DNA of 63,272 nucleotides, counting the filler, from Octopus bimaculoides (Eukaryota): the NCBI RefSeq assembly GCF_001194135.2. It is 4 parts of 4 records of this genome, joined end to end, with 100 filler letters (N's around TTAATTAATTAA, not from the genome) between each part and the next. Parts side by side here need not be neighbours in the genome. Positions count along the whole stretch, not along the records: positions 49,329 to 60,951 come from NC_068999.1; positions 61,052 to 63,272 come from NW_026383782.1; 2 more parts are not named here. The stretch is one strand, 5' to 3'. The translations under genes and the position numbers were made by a program. Shown in pieces: positions 50,440 through 62,799 of this stretch. The number at the start of each line of letters is the position of its first letter. Within the stretch, counting starts at the first letter, position 1. Below the pieces are notes generated by a model. It worked only from the letters and a program-made list of their open reading frames with translations, ran no database searches and had not been told where the DNA came from.

Positions 50440-50560
50440 ATTTTATCGACCCTGGAAGGTCGAAAAACAAATTCTACATTGACAGGATTTGAACTCCAAG
50501 TATAAAGCCAGACGAAGTGTCGCTAAGCATTTTGTCCAGGGCCTTAACGATTCTGCCAGC
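50440..50560 (-). mobile_element. Decayed SINE B
   Basis: ttttatcgaccc..gatttgaactc..gctaagcatttt..gattctgccagcttgcc. Confidence 0.7.
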
Positions 50561-50676
50561 TTGCCACATTGGATAATAATCATAACAATGATGCTGCTGA
50601 TGATGATGATGATGATGGTGATGATGGTGATGATGGTGATGATGATGGTGATGATGATGATTTCTCTGTTTTTCAG

Positions 50677-50773
50677 GTTGTGAGTCTCTTAAGAAACTTG
50701 ATCTGACAATTAACTTCATTGGGGAAATAACGAGCATCAAATGTCTCCAGAATCTTGTACACTTCAATGAACT
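50677..50773 (+). CDS. DNAAF11: DNAAF11/LRRC6 internal coding exon (LRR), phase 1 to 2
   Basis: Acceptor tttctctgtttttcAG at 50675-76 and donor GTaagt at 50774. The 97 nt read (G)[31 protein letters not shown](L), matching the LRRC6 LRR as I recall it ([33 protein letters not shown]). Confidence 0.92.
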
Positions 50774-51753
50774 GTAAGTATCGATTTCTTTACACTCGTT
50801 GTAGTAGCGGTGGTGGTGGTGGTGGTGGTGGGAGGTGAAGGTTATAGAGTTGGTAGTGAATGTGGTCACATGACTGACCAGACTATCAGATGTTGTTGCA
50901 CATCGCTGGTCACAATGTGCATTTGCATCATTTTTAGCCTTCAAATGATGCCACCCTGCTGGAACAAAAACGGAATAGAGGGCATTAAAACGCGAAAATG
51001 CAATAGAGGGCATTAAAACGTTCGGACAGATAGACAACACCAAGGTGGACAAGAGAAACAACAATTAGAAGGACAGGCAAAAAAAGACGGGTCATTCTTG
51101 GCTTTCTTTCTTCAATCAAGTACCAGAAGTCACGACTGTTTCGGGCAGTTACACTTGAGATGGTTCGATCTGGTTGCCCCCAAAACAGTCTAAGCCAAGA
51201 GTATTAGATCCCTTTGTAAGAAAGCTAGCGAATGTGTACGGCAACAAAGATAAAAAGACAAACAAACAGAAAAATGGAGAACATGGTACACAATTACGAA
51301 TACAAACAACAAGAAATAACAACAGGCGTCTTTCGACTGAGAACGAATCAAATTGAGCTGGTGTGTATGAAGGGAAAGCCTAAAGGAAGGAACATGGGCG
51401 ATGGACACAAGATTAAATCTGGCTGAGGTCTATTTTTAATATTCCATGTTTTGAAGTTTGGAAAAGGCATGAATGCTACAAAATCCACCTTTTTCCTTTT
51501 TTTTCTCTTCTTCACTACTCATAGACCCAGAAACCAAGAGTGCAGGGGATGTAAGCACACCTAAAAAGTAATCTGCAAAAAGTGGCTTAAAGTTAGTTTT
51601 CTTCTCAAAGAACAAAGAACAAAAATAAATAAAAAGACAAGAGCTTGTTTATAAAAAAATTTGGATCTGGGTTTGCACCCCCGAAGCAAATTTCGTTCCT
51701 GAGCCAATGTCACTATTATGGTATCAATAAATGAGATTTTCTTTTTTCCACAG

Positions 51754-51829
51754 ATATTTAATGGGGAACCCTTGTGCTGACTTCGATGGTTACCAACACT
51801 ACGTTATTGTCATTCTGCCAAACTTGAAG
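51754..51829 (+). CDS. DNAAF11: DNAAF11/LRRC6 coding exon (LRRcap start), phase 2 to 0
   Basis: Acceptor ttttttccacAG and donor GTaaaa. The 76 nt read (L)YLMGNPCADFDGYQHYVIVILPNLK (cf. FLMGNPC..FD.YR..V...LP.LK). Phase fits the previous exon. Confidence 0.92.
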
Positions 51830-52129
51830 GTAAAATTCTTACCATTTTTTTTCTCTTTATTAATTATTCCTCTTCTAAGGCAACAAATTGGTTGTGCTGC
51901 TAGAGAGTCTGATAAAAGAATGCTTACCAGCATTCGCTATGACTCTTTGCATTCTGAGTTCAAAATCTGTTCATGCCAGCTCTGCCTTCCAAACTTCTGG
52001 GGTCAATAAGATAAGTACTTGTCAACTACTGAAGATCAATGGTATCAATTAAGCCCCACCCCACCTCTTAAAAATTAGGGTCTTCTACCTATTAGTAGGT
52101 CTTCTATTAGGGTCTTCTACCAGATTATT

Positions 52130-52640
52130 TATTCCTTTCTTTCTTTCCTTTTCTCTTTTTTTCCTTTTTCTTCTTTTCGTTCTTTCACTATTTCTTTTGC
52201 ATTTCTCTTTCCTTCCTTTTTCATTTTTTCATTCTTTCACTTTTCTTTCTTTTTTTTTTCCCTTTTCATTCTTCTTTCTCTCTCTTTTCCTTTCCATTGT
52301 CTTTTCTTTCTCTCTTTCTTCCTTTCACTATTGATTCCTCTTTCGTTTTTCTTTTTTCATTCATTGTTCTTTCTTTTATTCATTTTTCTTTTTCATTCAT
52401 CTTCCTTCTTTTCACTTCCTCTGTCTTCTCTTTCATTTCTTCTTTTCTCTCTTTCCTTCTTTCTTTATTTCTTCTTTCACTGTTCTTTTCCTTTCTTTCC
52501 TTTTAAAACCTCTTTCTTTCTTTCCTCCTTTCTTTCACACTTCCTTTTCTTTCAATTTTTCTTTCTTTGATTTTCTTTCTTTTTTTTTTCTTCTCTCTTT
52601 ATTTCATTCAGTCATTCATTCTTTCTGTCTTTCTTTCCCC
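52130..52640 (+). repeat. ~500-nt polypyrimidine (CT-rich) tract in a DNAAF11 intron
   Basis: Almost exclusively T/C on the + strand. Confidence 0.9.
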
Positions 52641-52899
52641 ATTTTACCATAAACCACATTGTGTATGTGCTTGCATGTATGTGTGTATGCATGCGTGCTT
52701 GTGTGTTAGTAAGTGTATGCATATGCATGTATATGTGAGCATGTACATATTGTTATGTGTGTGTGTATTTGTGTGTATGCATTTGTGTGTGTGTGTGTGT
52801 GTATTTGTGTGTGTATGTGTTTGTGTGTGTGTGTGTGTATTTGTGTGTGTATTTGCTCTTTCTTTTCTTTTACTTGTTTCAGTCAGTATACTGTGACCT

Positions 52900-53511
52900 A
52901 GAATTACCAAATAATATACATCTCCACACACACACACGTATGTTATGTATGATTTTAAATCTACATATATCTACATGTATATATATGTAGGTACAAATTT
53001 AGAATCACAAAAGTATCTATGTATACATGCTTTGCTATTTACAAATATATGTGTATAAACACACATATGTATATACACTGATTTACATAAACTGTTAACA
53101 TGTTGACTAACAGACACACATACTCATATACATACACTCATATATCCATATATACAGGTGTACATACACATGCCTACTGGATACGCACCTGTATACATTA
53201 ACATAAATATGCATATATTTACATATATATCGACATAATAACAAGAAAAAGGCGATACGTACTTACATATGTACATACATACATACCGCATAATATATGC
53301 ATACATAAACATACATACACATACATACATACACATACATACATGTGTACATACATACATAGATCCACATTCATACATACATATGTGCATACATACCACA
53401 TACATACATAGACATACATACATACACATACATACATACCACATGCATACATACATACATATATTTTTACATATACATGTACATACTTAAATATGTACAT
53501 ACATACAGCCA

Positions 53512-53567
<56 letters not shown>

Positions 53568-54230
53568 CATACTACATATATACATACATACACCTACACA
53601 CACATACATACACATGCATACACACACATGAATATATACATACATAAATACATACATACATCCACATACGTACATACATACATACATACATACATACAAA
53701 CAGAATATTTAGATGTGCATACAAACACTCTTACACACATACATTCACATATTTATATATTCATATTTATATATACATACACACATACATGGACATGTAA
53801 AGGCACTTTGATAAAGTTTACTCAGGCATGCACATATCCAAACACATACATACACATGATTAAACATACACACACACACACACACATATATACATACATA
53901 CATACATACAATACATACATATCTATATGTATTCATACATTCATATATATATGTCGATTCATACACATATACATACATGTGTATATGTATGCATGTGTAT
54001 ATGCATATACTTCATGTATATTAAGGTGTATACACACACACACACACACAATTACAGGTACAGTGCACATAAATATACAGTTCCACGCCTCAAACCTCAC
54101 AACCACATAACCCATCACCACCACCATCACCACCACCACCACATATACCAACATACCCCCCACACGAACTCTCCCACCACCACACACACATGCGTGTATG
54201 TGTGTGTGTGTGTGTGTGTATCTGTATTCC
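52900..54230. repeat. Long degenerate (TA/CA/CATA)n field
   Basis: Alternating purine-pyrimidine low-complexity sequence. Confidence 0.9.
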
Positions 54231-54984
54231 TGTATTCTTCGTGTCTACTTAGAAAAATACCCCCTCAGCTGACTCAGTTCCTTGCCAAGCAAGCAAAACA
54301 AACCACAATTTTTGGCACCCAAGATCTGGTTACAGAAACGGAAAATTTCAAGAGCAGAAGCAACATTGAAGAGATCTTAATTTCCACAGAGAGCACCAAA
54401 ATGTAGAATGGAACTAAGTTTGGATTGGAATTTTTTGAGGGTTGCATTTATCCTAAAAGGGCAGTCGACTTGGCACGACCGTTAAGAGAGTCAGACAAAA
54501 AAAATTTATTGCAATATTCCGAGTTCAAATCACACCGAGGTTTAACTTCTGCTTTCCATCATTCCAGGGGTCAGGGTTGATAAAATACCAGTTATATACT
54601 GGGTCTAATTCTTTCTTTATCTTTTTCTCTTTCACTTTCTTATTACTACTACTGCTGGTGCAATCGTTATTATCAATAAGCGGAAAAATAATCCAGAATA
54701 TAAAAAACTGTGTTGTAATCCCTTCCTGTGATATTCTAATCATGTCTGCAGTACCAGAGCTGTTATCTCTCAATATTTTGGTTTGCTGAATGCCATTCCT
54801 AAGTCTTTGGTCAGTCCAAGGCAATTGACAAAAGGAACTTATCCAAGAATGCTGCATGGTGGAACTGACTGACTGACCCTGAATGCATAGTTGATGGCCC
54901 TTAAAATACAAATTTTCAAAAATCTGGTTCTTAAATTTGTTTGAAACACGTAGTTTATTTATTTATATATTTGTTTACCTTCAG

Positions 54985-55035
54985 ATTTTGGATGGCAAAA
55001 CTATTGAGAAATCTGAGAGAATTCTTGCAATGCAG
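54985..55035 (+). CDS. DNAAF11: DNAAF11/LRRC6 coding exon, phase 0 to 0
   Basis: Acceptor ttgtttaccttcAG and donor GTaaat. The 51 nt read ILDGKTIEKSERILAMQ (cf. WLDGKEIEPSERIKALQ). Confidence 0.9.
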
Positions 55036-55175
55036 GTAAATTAATAAAGTTTGTATTATCAGGGAATTCAAGATCTGGAACTTCTGCATATGTATCATCA
55101 CCACCACCACCACCACCCTCATCATCATCATCATCATCCTCATCATCATCATCATCCTCATCATCATCATCATCC

Positions 55176-55219
<44 letters not shown>

Positions 55220-55490
55220 GTTTAACGTCCGTTTTCCATGCTGGCATGGGTTGGACAGCTTGATAGGAGCTGGTATGGGTTGGACAGTTTTTTACAGCAG
55301 CATAACTAGATAAATAAATGGATGTAAATATTGGATTGAAAATCCCCATTTGATAGAAAATCTTGAAGGCTGACAGATATATACATATTTATATCACACA
55401 CACATACACACACTCAAACACACACACATATACACATACACATGTGTGTGTATACATGCACATGTACATCTACATACATATATATGCATA

Positions 55491-55525
<35 letters not shown>

Positions 55526-55784
55526 ACTTACTGTGTTTGTGTTCGTGTGAGTGTATGTTACTAGGATTATTTTTTTGTTGAAAGACTAAAGTTAAAGTTA
55601 ATTTAATTTATGTTGAAGAAATTATTTATTTTTTCTGTAGAAAACTTGAGAAGTTCTTGGCTGGGCGCCAAGATGTGCTAAGGAGAAATTAATTGAATGA
55701 TATTGGCTAACAGAAAGTGAGAAAAAGAGAGAGAGTGTGTGTGTGTATGTGTGAGGGTGTGATTAGGAGAGAAAAGAGAGGGTG

Positions 55785-55860
<76 letters not shown>

Positions 55861-56242
55861 ACACACACATACACAAACATATATATATAAATATATATAT
55901 ATATACATATATATGCACATATATATACATACACATACACACACACACATATATATATGGAACAATCATTTCTATAACACCTAAAAAGTCTATTTTTGAA
56001 TCTTCTGAGAAATAAATAAATGATAAACAAAACAAAATGAGAAATATATAATTTGGATAAATTATATATAAATAATAATAATGATAATAATAATAATGTT
56101 TCTGAGATGTACTTGTCTGGCATGTGATATGATCTCAGGCTGTGTATTGATAATATTTCTTTTATTATAATTTCTTTTATTTAATTATTATGTATTTATG
56201 AGCATTACTAGTTTCAGCAACAATATTAACAATAACGCTAAT

Positions 56243-56598
56243 AACATGAGCATTCAGAGAGTGCAAACCTCTGCCAAGGCAACACCAATGTTCTCGCAAT
56301 GATTAGCTGGAGACGATTTTTAAAATGAGAATATCTTAAATAAACTCGATTGCTCTCACAAACAAGAATACTAAAAACTCAAAATATAAGTAAGAGTACG
56401 TGAAAAATAATCCAGAATCCTTGTCTGGTACTGGATTGATCCCAAAGTCTAATCAGTTTGTGCCAGTCATGAGGCCAAACATCTCTGAAAGTTTCATCCG
56501 AATCCATCCAGCGGTTTTTGAGATATCTTGTCCACAGACAAACAAACAAACAAACACAACTGAAAACAATACCTCTGACTTTGATAAGGCAGAGGTAA
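56243..56598. mobile_element. Helentron-associated non-autonomous element (HINE/DINE-1-like)
   Basis: ACCTCTGCC near one end (~56267-75), internal (ACAA)n, and a terminal hairpin TACCTCTG..CAGAGGTA (56570-97) containing the inverted subterminal repeat. Confidence 0.68.
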
Positions 56599-56599
56599 T

Positions 56600-56823
56600 G
56601 ATAACAATCCTTTCTGCTCAAGGCACAAGAGCTACAATTTCTGGGGAGGGAACTAGTTGAAATACATCAACCCTAGTGTTTCACTGGTACTTAATTTATT
56701 GACCCCGAAAGAATGAAAGGCGGAGTCGACCTCAGCAGAGTCTGAACTCAGAACGTAAGGACTGAGGGAATGCCGCTAAGCATTTTGCCCAGCATGCTAA
56801 CGCTGCTACCAGCTTGCCGCCTT
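56600..56823 (-). mobile_element. SINE B2
   Basis: Reverse complement of the B2 head, core and tail. Confidence 0.85.
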
Positions 56824-56825
56824 AA

Positions 56826-57042
<217 letters not shown>

Positions 57043-57504
57043 CCTAAGTGTAATTTATATCCTGAATTCTTTCCAGGGATATTATATATCAAATCCTCAT
57101 TTGGTGATTAAAGCTTTTGAATAAATCTACTTATTATTATTATTATTATTATGACAAAGATATAGCCTTGTACACCCCCACCCCATCTGCTGTATATCAC
57201 GGAAAACATCACAAACAAACAAGCAAAAAAAAAAGAAATAAAACAAGACGAAATGGCGAGACTCAAATTCATCTTTGGAAATGGTTTCTCATATTTTTTT
57301 CTTTTTACTTTTTATCTTTATTTGTTTTGGGGTTTGTTTTTTTTTTTTTCGTGTGTGAAAGATGAAATATTCTGGGTTGTGTTTCTTTTTTTTATTTTTT
57401 CTTTGCATCCTCTTTTCCTCCTCCAGCAAAACCTCTTCGGCTGGGATTATGTAAATTGGAAAAGGAAAATTCTTTCAAGCACACATGCACATCTTCATCA
57501 TCAC

Positions 57505-57545
<41 letters not shown>

Positions 57546-57928
57546 CCACTATCATCATCCCCATCATCATCGTCACCATCATTATCATCATCATCATCAC
57601 CATCATCTTTGTCATCATCACCATCATCACCGTCACCACCATCCTCTTCCTCTCTCCTCAGTGTCATCGTCGTCATTATCGTCATCATCTACATCATTAT
57701 TACAAATGTCCCCCTTCTATTCCCCTCACATTAACATCATTGTCGTGTTATTGTCATCATCATCATCATCATCACACACACACACAAACACACACACAAC
57801 CACACACACACGCACACACACATACATAAACACACACACACGTGCGTGCACACACACACACACACACACACACAAAGGCACAGACACACACACACACACA
57901 TGTGAATATATATATGAAATCGTTGCAG

Positions 57929-57988
57929 AACTTCAAAGCTACGGAGGAGAAAATCTTGAGACAAGAAGAAGAATATCTACAGAAAAGA
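57929..57988 (+). CDS. DNAAF11: DNAAF11/LRRC6 coding exon, phase 0 to 0
   Basis: Acceptor cgttgcAG and donor GTaagt. The 60 nt read [20 protein letters not shown] (cf. [20 protein letters not shown]). Confidence 0.8.
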
Positions 57989-58114
57989 GTAAGTTTGGAA
58001 TTTTTAAATATCTTGTTATATGTAGGTATTGATGATGATAATGATGATGGTGATGATGTTAAAAGATTTCTTCAAGAAGTGAGTTCCAATTCATTTAAAC
58101 AGAGAAGAGAATAT

Positions 58115-58690
58115 ATTCTTTTACTTGTTTCAGTCATTTGGCTGTGGTCATGCTGGAGCACCACCTTTAGTCAGGCAAATCGACCCCAGGGCTTATTCTT
58201 TGTAAGCCTAGTACTTATCGTGTCGGTCTCTTTTTGCTAGACCGCTAAGTTACAGGGACGTAGGTAGACCACAGGTGTGACTGTCTGGCAAGGAGTTTGC
58301 TTCCCAAGCACATGGTTCCAGGTTCAATCTCACTGCATGGCACCTTGAGAAAGTCTCTTCTACTATAGCCTTGAGCTGGCCAAAGCCTTGTGAGTAGATT
58401 TGGCAGACAGAAACTGAAAGAAGCCGGTCACATGTGTGTTTGTATGTGTGTGTGTATTTTGTGTGTTTTGTGTCTATGTTTGTCCCTCCATCACTGTTTG
58501 AGAACCGGTGTTGTTATGTTTACATCCCTGTAAGTTAGTAGTTTGGCAAAAGAAACTGATCAAATAAACACCAGGCTTAACAAAAAGACAAAAAAGTAAT
58601 TACTAGGATCGGTAAGTTTGACTAAAATTCTTCAATGAATTGCTCCAGCATGGCTGCAGAGCAACGACTGAAACAAGTAAAAGATAGAAG
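58115..58690. mobile_element. Inverted pair of SINE A pieces (- strand tail 58115-58262; + strand copy ~58270-58690)
   Basis: Family A tail motif present in both orientations. Confidence 0.82.
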
Positions 58691-59153
58691 ATACCTGTAG
58701 AATATTCAATCAGGAGAAGATAACTCAGATGATCAAACAACCGAATCCTCATTGTCAAGTGACTGAGATCCTTGTAATAATACACTTTCACCTTTGACCT
58801 TTATCACTGAGAGCTTTTTTTAAGAATGCCATTTACTTTTGCTTCAGTTGAATTACCTGAAGAGTTTCAAGTGGACCTGTAAAGGTTATCAGCACAACCC
58901 CCCACCATCTTCAACTAAATAAGTGAATATATAAAGAAAAAAAAGAAAAACTTGAATATATTCTGGTTATAGAAATTATTCAAGCTGTTTTCTTTAATTC
59001 ATGAACAAGATTTTCCCATATTGATGGGACAATTGTGTAACCATGCCTATTATGTTTTTTGAAAAAGGTCTCCCTTTGTCGTAGTGCACCTGAACACTGG
59101 ACACAATAAGCTCATTATAATAATAATAATAATTATTATTATTATTTCTGTTG

Positions 59154-59200
<47 letters not shown>

Positions 59201-59462
59201 GTTCAGTAGTTTTATTTTTATAACATGCTTTCACTTCACTACCGAGCGCAGCTCTGTGCGCTTTGGGTATGTGCTGTGGTTTGCTGTGGTGCTCTTATGT
59301 TTTATTATTATTGTTATTATTATTATTTTTGCTAAGGTGGTGAGCTGGCATAATCATTAGCACGCTGGACAAAATGCTTAGCGGCATTTCAACCATCACC
59401 ACATTCTGAGTTCAAATTCTGTATATAATTATATGTGTTACCACACATTTGTCTTTTAAAAG

Positions 59463-59560
59463 AAAAAGCAAAAGCAAGAAGCAGATTCCAAGAATAATGG
59501 AAAGGATTCCACAACATTGACCGAGGAAAACAATTATGATGACGATTCCACTTCACACAG
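59463..59560 (+). CDS. DNAAF11: Probable DNAAF11 coding exon (charged low-complexity region), phase 0 to 2
   Basis: Acceptor gtcttttaaaAG and donor GTaatt. The 98 nt read KKQKQEADSKNNGKDSTTLTEENNYDDDSTSH(S). Supported mainly by exact phase bridging between the flanking exons; homology is weak. Confidence 0.65.
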
Positions 59561-59707
59561 GTAATTCTGTCTTTCACCTGCAGCACTTGTAGTTTAAACC
59601 TAGGTTAGCCCTGCACAGGTAGACTTATGGCACATATAGTTAGGTTATCAAATGACTCGGGGACGGAGGGAGGGGGTCTCCACAGATTCAGCACTGTAAC
59701 AGTTATA

Positions 59708-59810
59708 CTGTTGAAGGCTGGAGGGTATATCAGCCAAAACGTTGTGCTAACGACAAACAAGATGAGGACAAATATCCGTCAAATGTAAATAATGTGAATA
59801 ATGTCCATAA
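59708..59810 (+). mobile_element. Truncated copy of the hammerhead-bearing tail at 36588-36695
   Basis: CTGTTGAAGGCTGGAGGGTATATCAGCCAAAACGTTGTG..CCGTCAAATGTAAATAATGT. Both catalytic segments are mutated. Confidence 0.85.
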
Positions 59811-60510
59811 ATATTATTTGTAATTCTGTATTGACTTGAATGGAAGAATGTGTCACTCAAGAAGGGCTTCAGTTTGAACAAGTTTCCTGATGTTTCATAT
59901 TCAGATCCTTTTATTAAATTCATTCTGTTATTAAACATCAATAAATCCTGGAATTAAATGGCTTTGATTTACTGTCAGGTGACTTTTGGCCAACCCTGTA
60001 TATATATGTATATATATATATATATATATATNNNNNNNNNNNNNNNNNNNNNNNNNNNNNNNNNNNNNNNNNNNNNNNNNNNNNNNNNNNNNNNNNNNNN
60101 NNNNNNNNNNNNNNNNNNNNNNNNNNNNNNNNNNNNNNNNNNNNNNNNNNNNNNNNNNNNNNNNNNNNNNNNNNNNNNNNNNNNNNNNNNNNNNNNNNNN
60201 NNNNNNNNNNNNNNNNNNNNNNNNNNNNNNNNNNNNNNNNNNNNNNNNNNNNNNNNNNNNNNNNNNNNNNNNNNNNNNNNNNNNNNNNNNNNNNNNNNNN
60301 NNNNNNNNNNNNNNNNNNNNNNNNNNNNNNNNNNNNNNNNNNNNNNNNNNNNNNNNNNNNNNNNNNNNNNNNNNNNNNNNNNNNNNNNNNNNNNNNNNNN
60401 NNNNNNNNNNNNNNNNNNNNNNNNNNNNNNNNNNNNNNNNNNNNNNNNNNNNNNNNNNNNNNNNNNNNNNNNNNNNNATATATATATATATATAAATGTT
60501 CTCATTTTAG

Positions 60511-60564
60511 CCTGGAAGTCCAAGACGACAACAATGGCAAGACGGAGGAAGAACTGGAGAAAGA
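60511..60564 (+). CDS. DNAAF11: Probable DNAAF11 coding exon, phase 2 to 2
   Basis: Acceptor ctcattttAG and donor GTaagt. The 54 nt read (S)LEVQDDNNGKTEEELEK(E), the acidic stretch that precedes the conserved FW motif of LRRC6. The next exon is not visible. Confidence 0.65.
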
Positions 60565-60951
60565 GTAAGTGGAAGAAAGCATTTCTGGTGCCTGTGGTAA
60601 CATTGGATTATCTGTGGTAATATAGGATTAAAGGGAATTAGAGGCAGCTGCTGCACCACCACCACCACAATCACCACCACCACCATCATCATCATCACCA
60701 TTACTGTTGTTACCATCACAGTCATCACCATCACCATCATCATAATCTTTATCTGATCATCATGACCACCCCTATTGCCTCTCCCACCACCATAACTGCC
60801 ACCTTTGTTTGTTAGCCACACCATCGTTATCATAATTACGTGACTGCTGCCGCCACCACCACCACCATCATCAGCAACACCCCTACAAGCATCATCCTCG
60901 TCATCACCATTGCTATTAGCAACACCACCACCACCACCACCACCACCGCCG

Positions 60952-61051
60952 NNNNNNNNNNNNNNNNNNNNNNNNNNNNNNNNNNNNNNNNNNNNTTAAT
61001 TAATTAANNNNNNNNNNNNNNNNNNNNNNNNNNNNNNNNNNNNNNNNNNNN
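60952..61051. other. Artificial 100-bp scaffold spacer
   Basis: N44 + TTAATTAATTAA (60996-61007) + N44. Confidence 0.95.
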
Positions 61052-61077
61052 CGGGCAAAGCCGGGTATTTCTGCTAG
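61052..61077 (+). mobile_element. Helitron 3' terminus
   Basis: GC-rich hairpin-like CGGGCAAAGCCGGG followed by CTAG|T. The upstream part is lost in the spacer. Confidence 0.55.
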
Positions 61078-61104
61078 TATATATATATATATATATATTA
61101 TATA

Positions 61105-61240
61105 CACGACGGGCTTCTTTTCAGTTTGCCTCTACCAAATCCACTCACAAGGCTTTGGTCAGCCCAAGGCTATAGTAGAAGACACTTGCGGAACCATGTG
61201 GTTGGTAAGCAAGCTACTTACCACACAGCCACTTCTGCAC
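61105..61240 (-). mobile_element. SINE family A 5' half with an internal deletion
   Basis: cgacgggcttc..aaatccactcacaaggc..ttaccacacagccac. Confidence 0.82.
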
Positions 61241-61894
61241 CTATTGCATAATTTTTGTCAAAAAGTGACTCTAATTACAGGTAAATTCAGGTAAACTGAG
61301 CAAAATGTAAAAAATTTTTAATTTTGCTTAAACATTACCATAGAAAATGAGCCATCAGCTAATATTTAATTGGGTATGCAACAAAATTTTGATATAGAAG
61401 AATTGTACATATCACTAGATTATCAGTTGAATTTAATGCACAGAAGAACATGTGTACCATAAAGGTAAAATAAACTGAAATACTGGAATTTGTTTTTGAA
61501 GAAAACTAGAAAATTAAATACAACTAAATGAAATATACTCACACACATACATGAATACACAGGAACATATATAGTAAAGATTTATAATAGAAGTTAAATC
61601 AAAACTTGTCACTCACCTTACAGGCAAATTAAAATTACAGGTAAATTAAAATAAAAAGTAAAACTAAGTAAATTTGAAAAATATTTATACAATCTAATTA
61701 TACATATATACTAACAATATTCACACAAGAGTAAAATTAATTAATTAATAATTTTACCAAGTAGTAAGTACGTTAAAAAACCTTTTTTTAGATAAATTAT
61801 ACAAAATTTTCTATAATTATATACATAATTATAATCATAATTATATACATGATTATAATTTTACTGTATATTATTATAATAAATATATATATAT

Positions 61895-62705
61895 CATCAT
61901 CATCATCATCATCATCGTTTAACGTCCGCTTTCCATGCTAGCATGGGTTGGACGATTTGACTGAGGACTGGTGAAACCAGATGGCAACACCAGGCTCCAG
62001 TCTAATTTGGCAGAGTTTCTACAGCTGGATGCCCTTCCTAACGCCAACCACTCCGAGAGTGTAGTGGGTGCTTTTACGTGTCACCCGCACGAAAACGGCC
62101 ACGCTCGAAATGGTGTCTTTTATGNNNNNNNNNNNNNNNNNNNNNNNNNNNNNNNNNNNNNNNNNNNNNNNNNNNNNNNNNNNNNNNNNNNNNNNNNNNN
62201 NNNNNNNNNNNNNNNNNNNNNNNNNNNNNNNNNNNNNNNNNNNNNNNNNNNNNNNNNNNNNNNNNNNNNNNNNNNNNNNNNNNNNNNNNNNNNNNNNNNN
62301 NNNNNNNNNNNNNNNNNNNNNNNNNNNNNNNNNNNNNNNNNNNNNNNNNNNNNNNNNNNNNNNNNNNNNNNNNNNNNNNNNNNNNNNNNNNCACCTCAGC
62401 CCAGGTCTTCCTGGGCCTACCTCTTCCACGGGTTCCCTCAACTGTTAGGGTGTGGCACTTTTTCACGCAGCTATCCTCATCCATTCTCACCACATGTCCA
62501 TACCAGCGCAATCGTCTCTCTTGCACGCCACAACTGATGCTTCTAATGTTCAGCTTTTCTCTCAAGATACTTACACTCTGACGGGTATTCACATTGACAT
62601 TACACATCCAACGGAGCATACTGGCTTCATTCCTTGCGAGCTTACGTATGTCCTCAGCAGTTACAGCCCATGTTTCACTGCCATGTAGCATGGCTGTTCG
62701 TCTGC
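61895..62705 (-). mobile_element. 5'-truncated RTE LINE (same family as 9023-10534)
   Basis: RTAMLHGSETW..RRLRWYGHVVRM..RGRGRPRKTW; 3'UTR motif and (CAT)n. Confidence 0.92.
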
Positions 62706-62799
62706 CTTTTACTCTGCCTTTTGTAGATATATATATACAAAATGCATAATATATATACAAAATATAGATGTCTTGCAAACAACTTGCACATGCATGTGC

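Noticed and set aside
54278-54406. Open stretch after cccctcAG as an extra DNAAF11 exon
   Set aside because: No LRRC6 similarity, no donor before the stop, and it would interrupt the conserved LK|xLDG junction.
55642-55720. ttttctgtAG|AAAACTTG as a DNAAF11 exon
   Set aside because: All frames stop quickly and there is no homology; the 55035-to-57929 join is already in phase.
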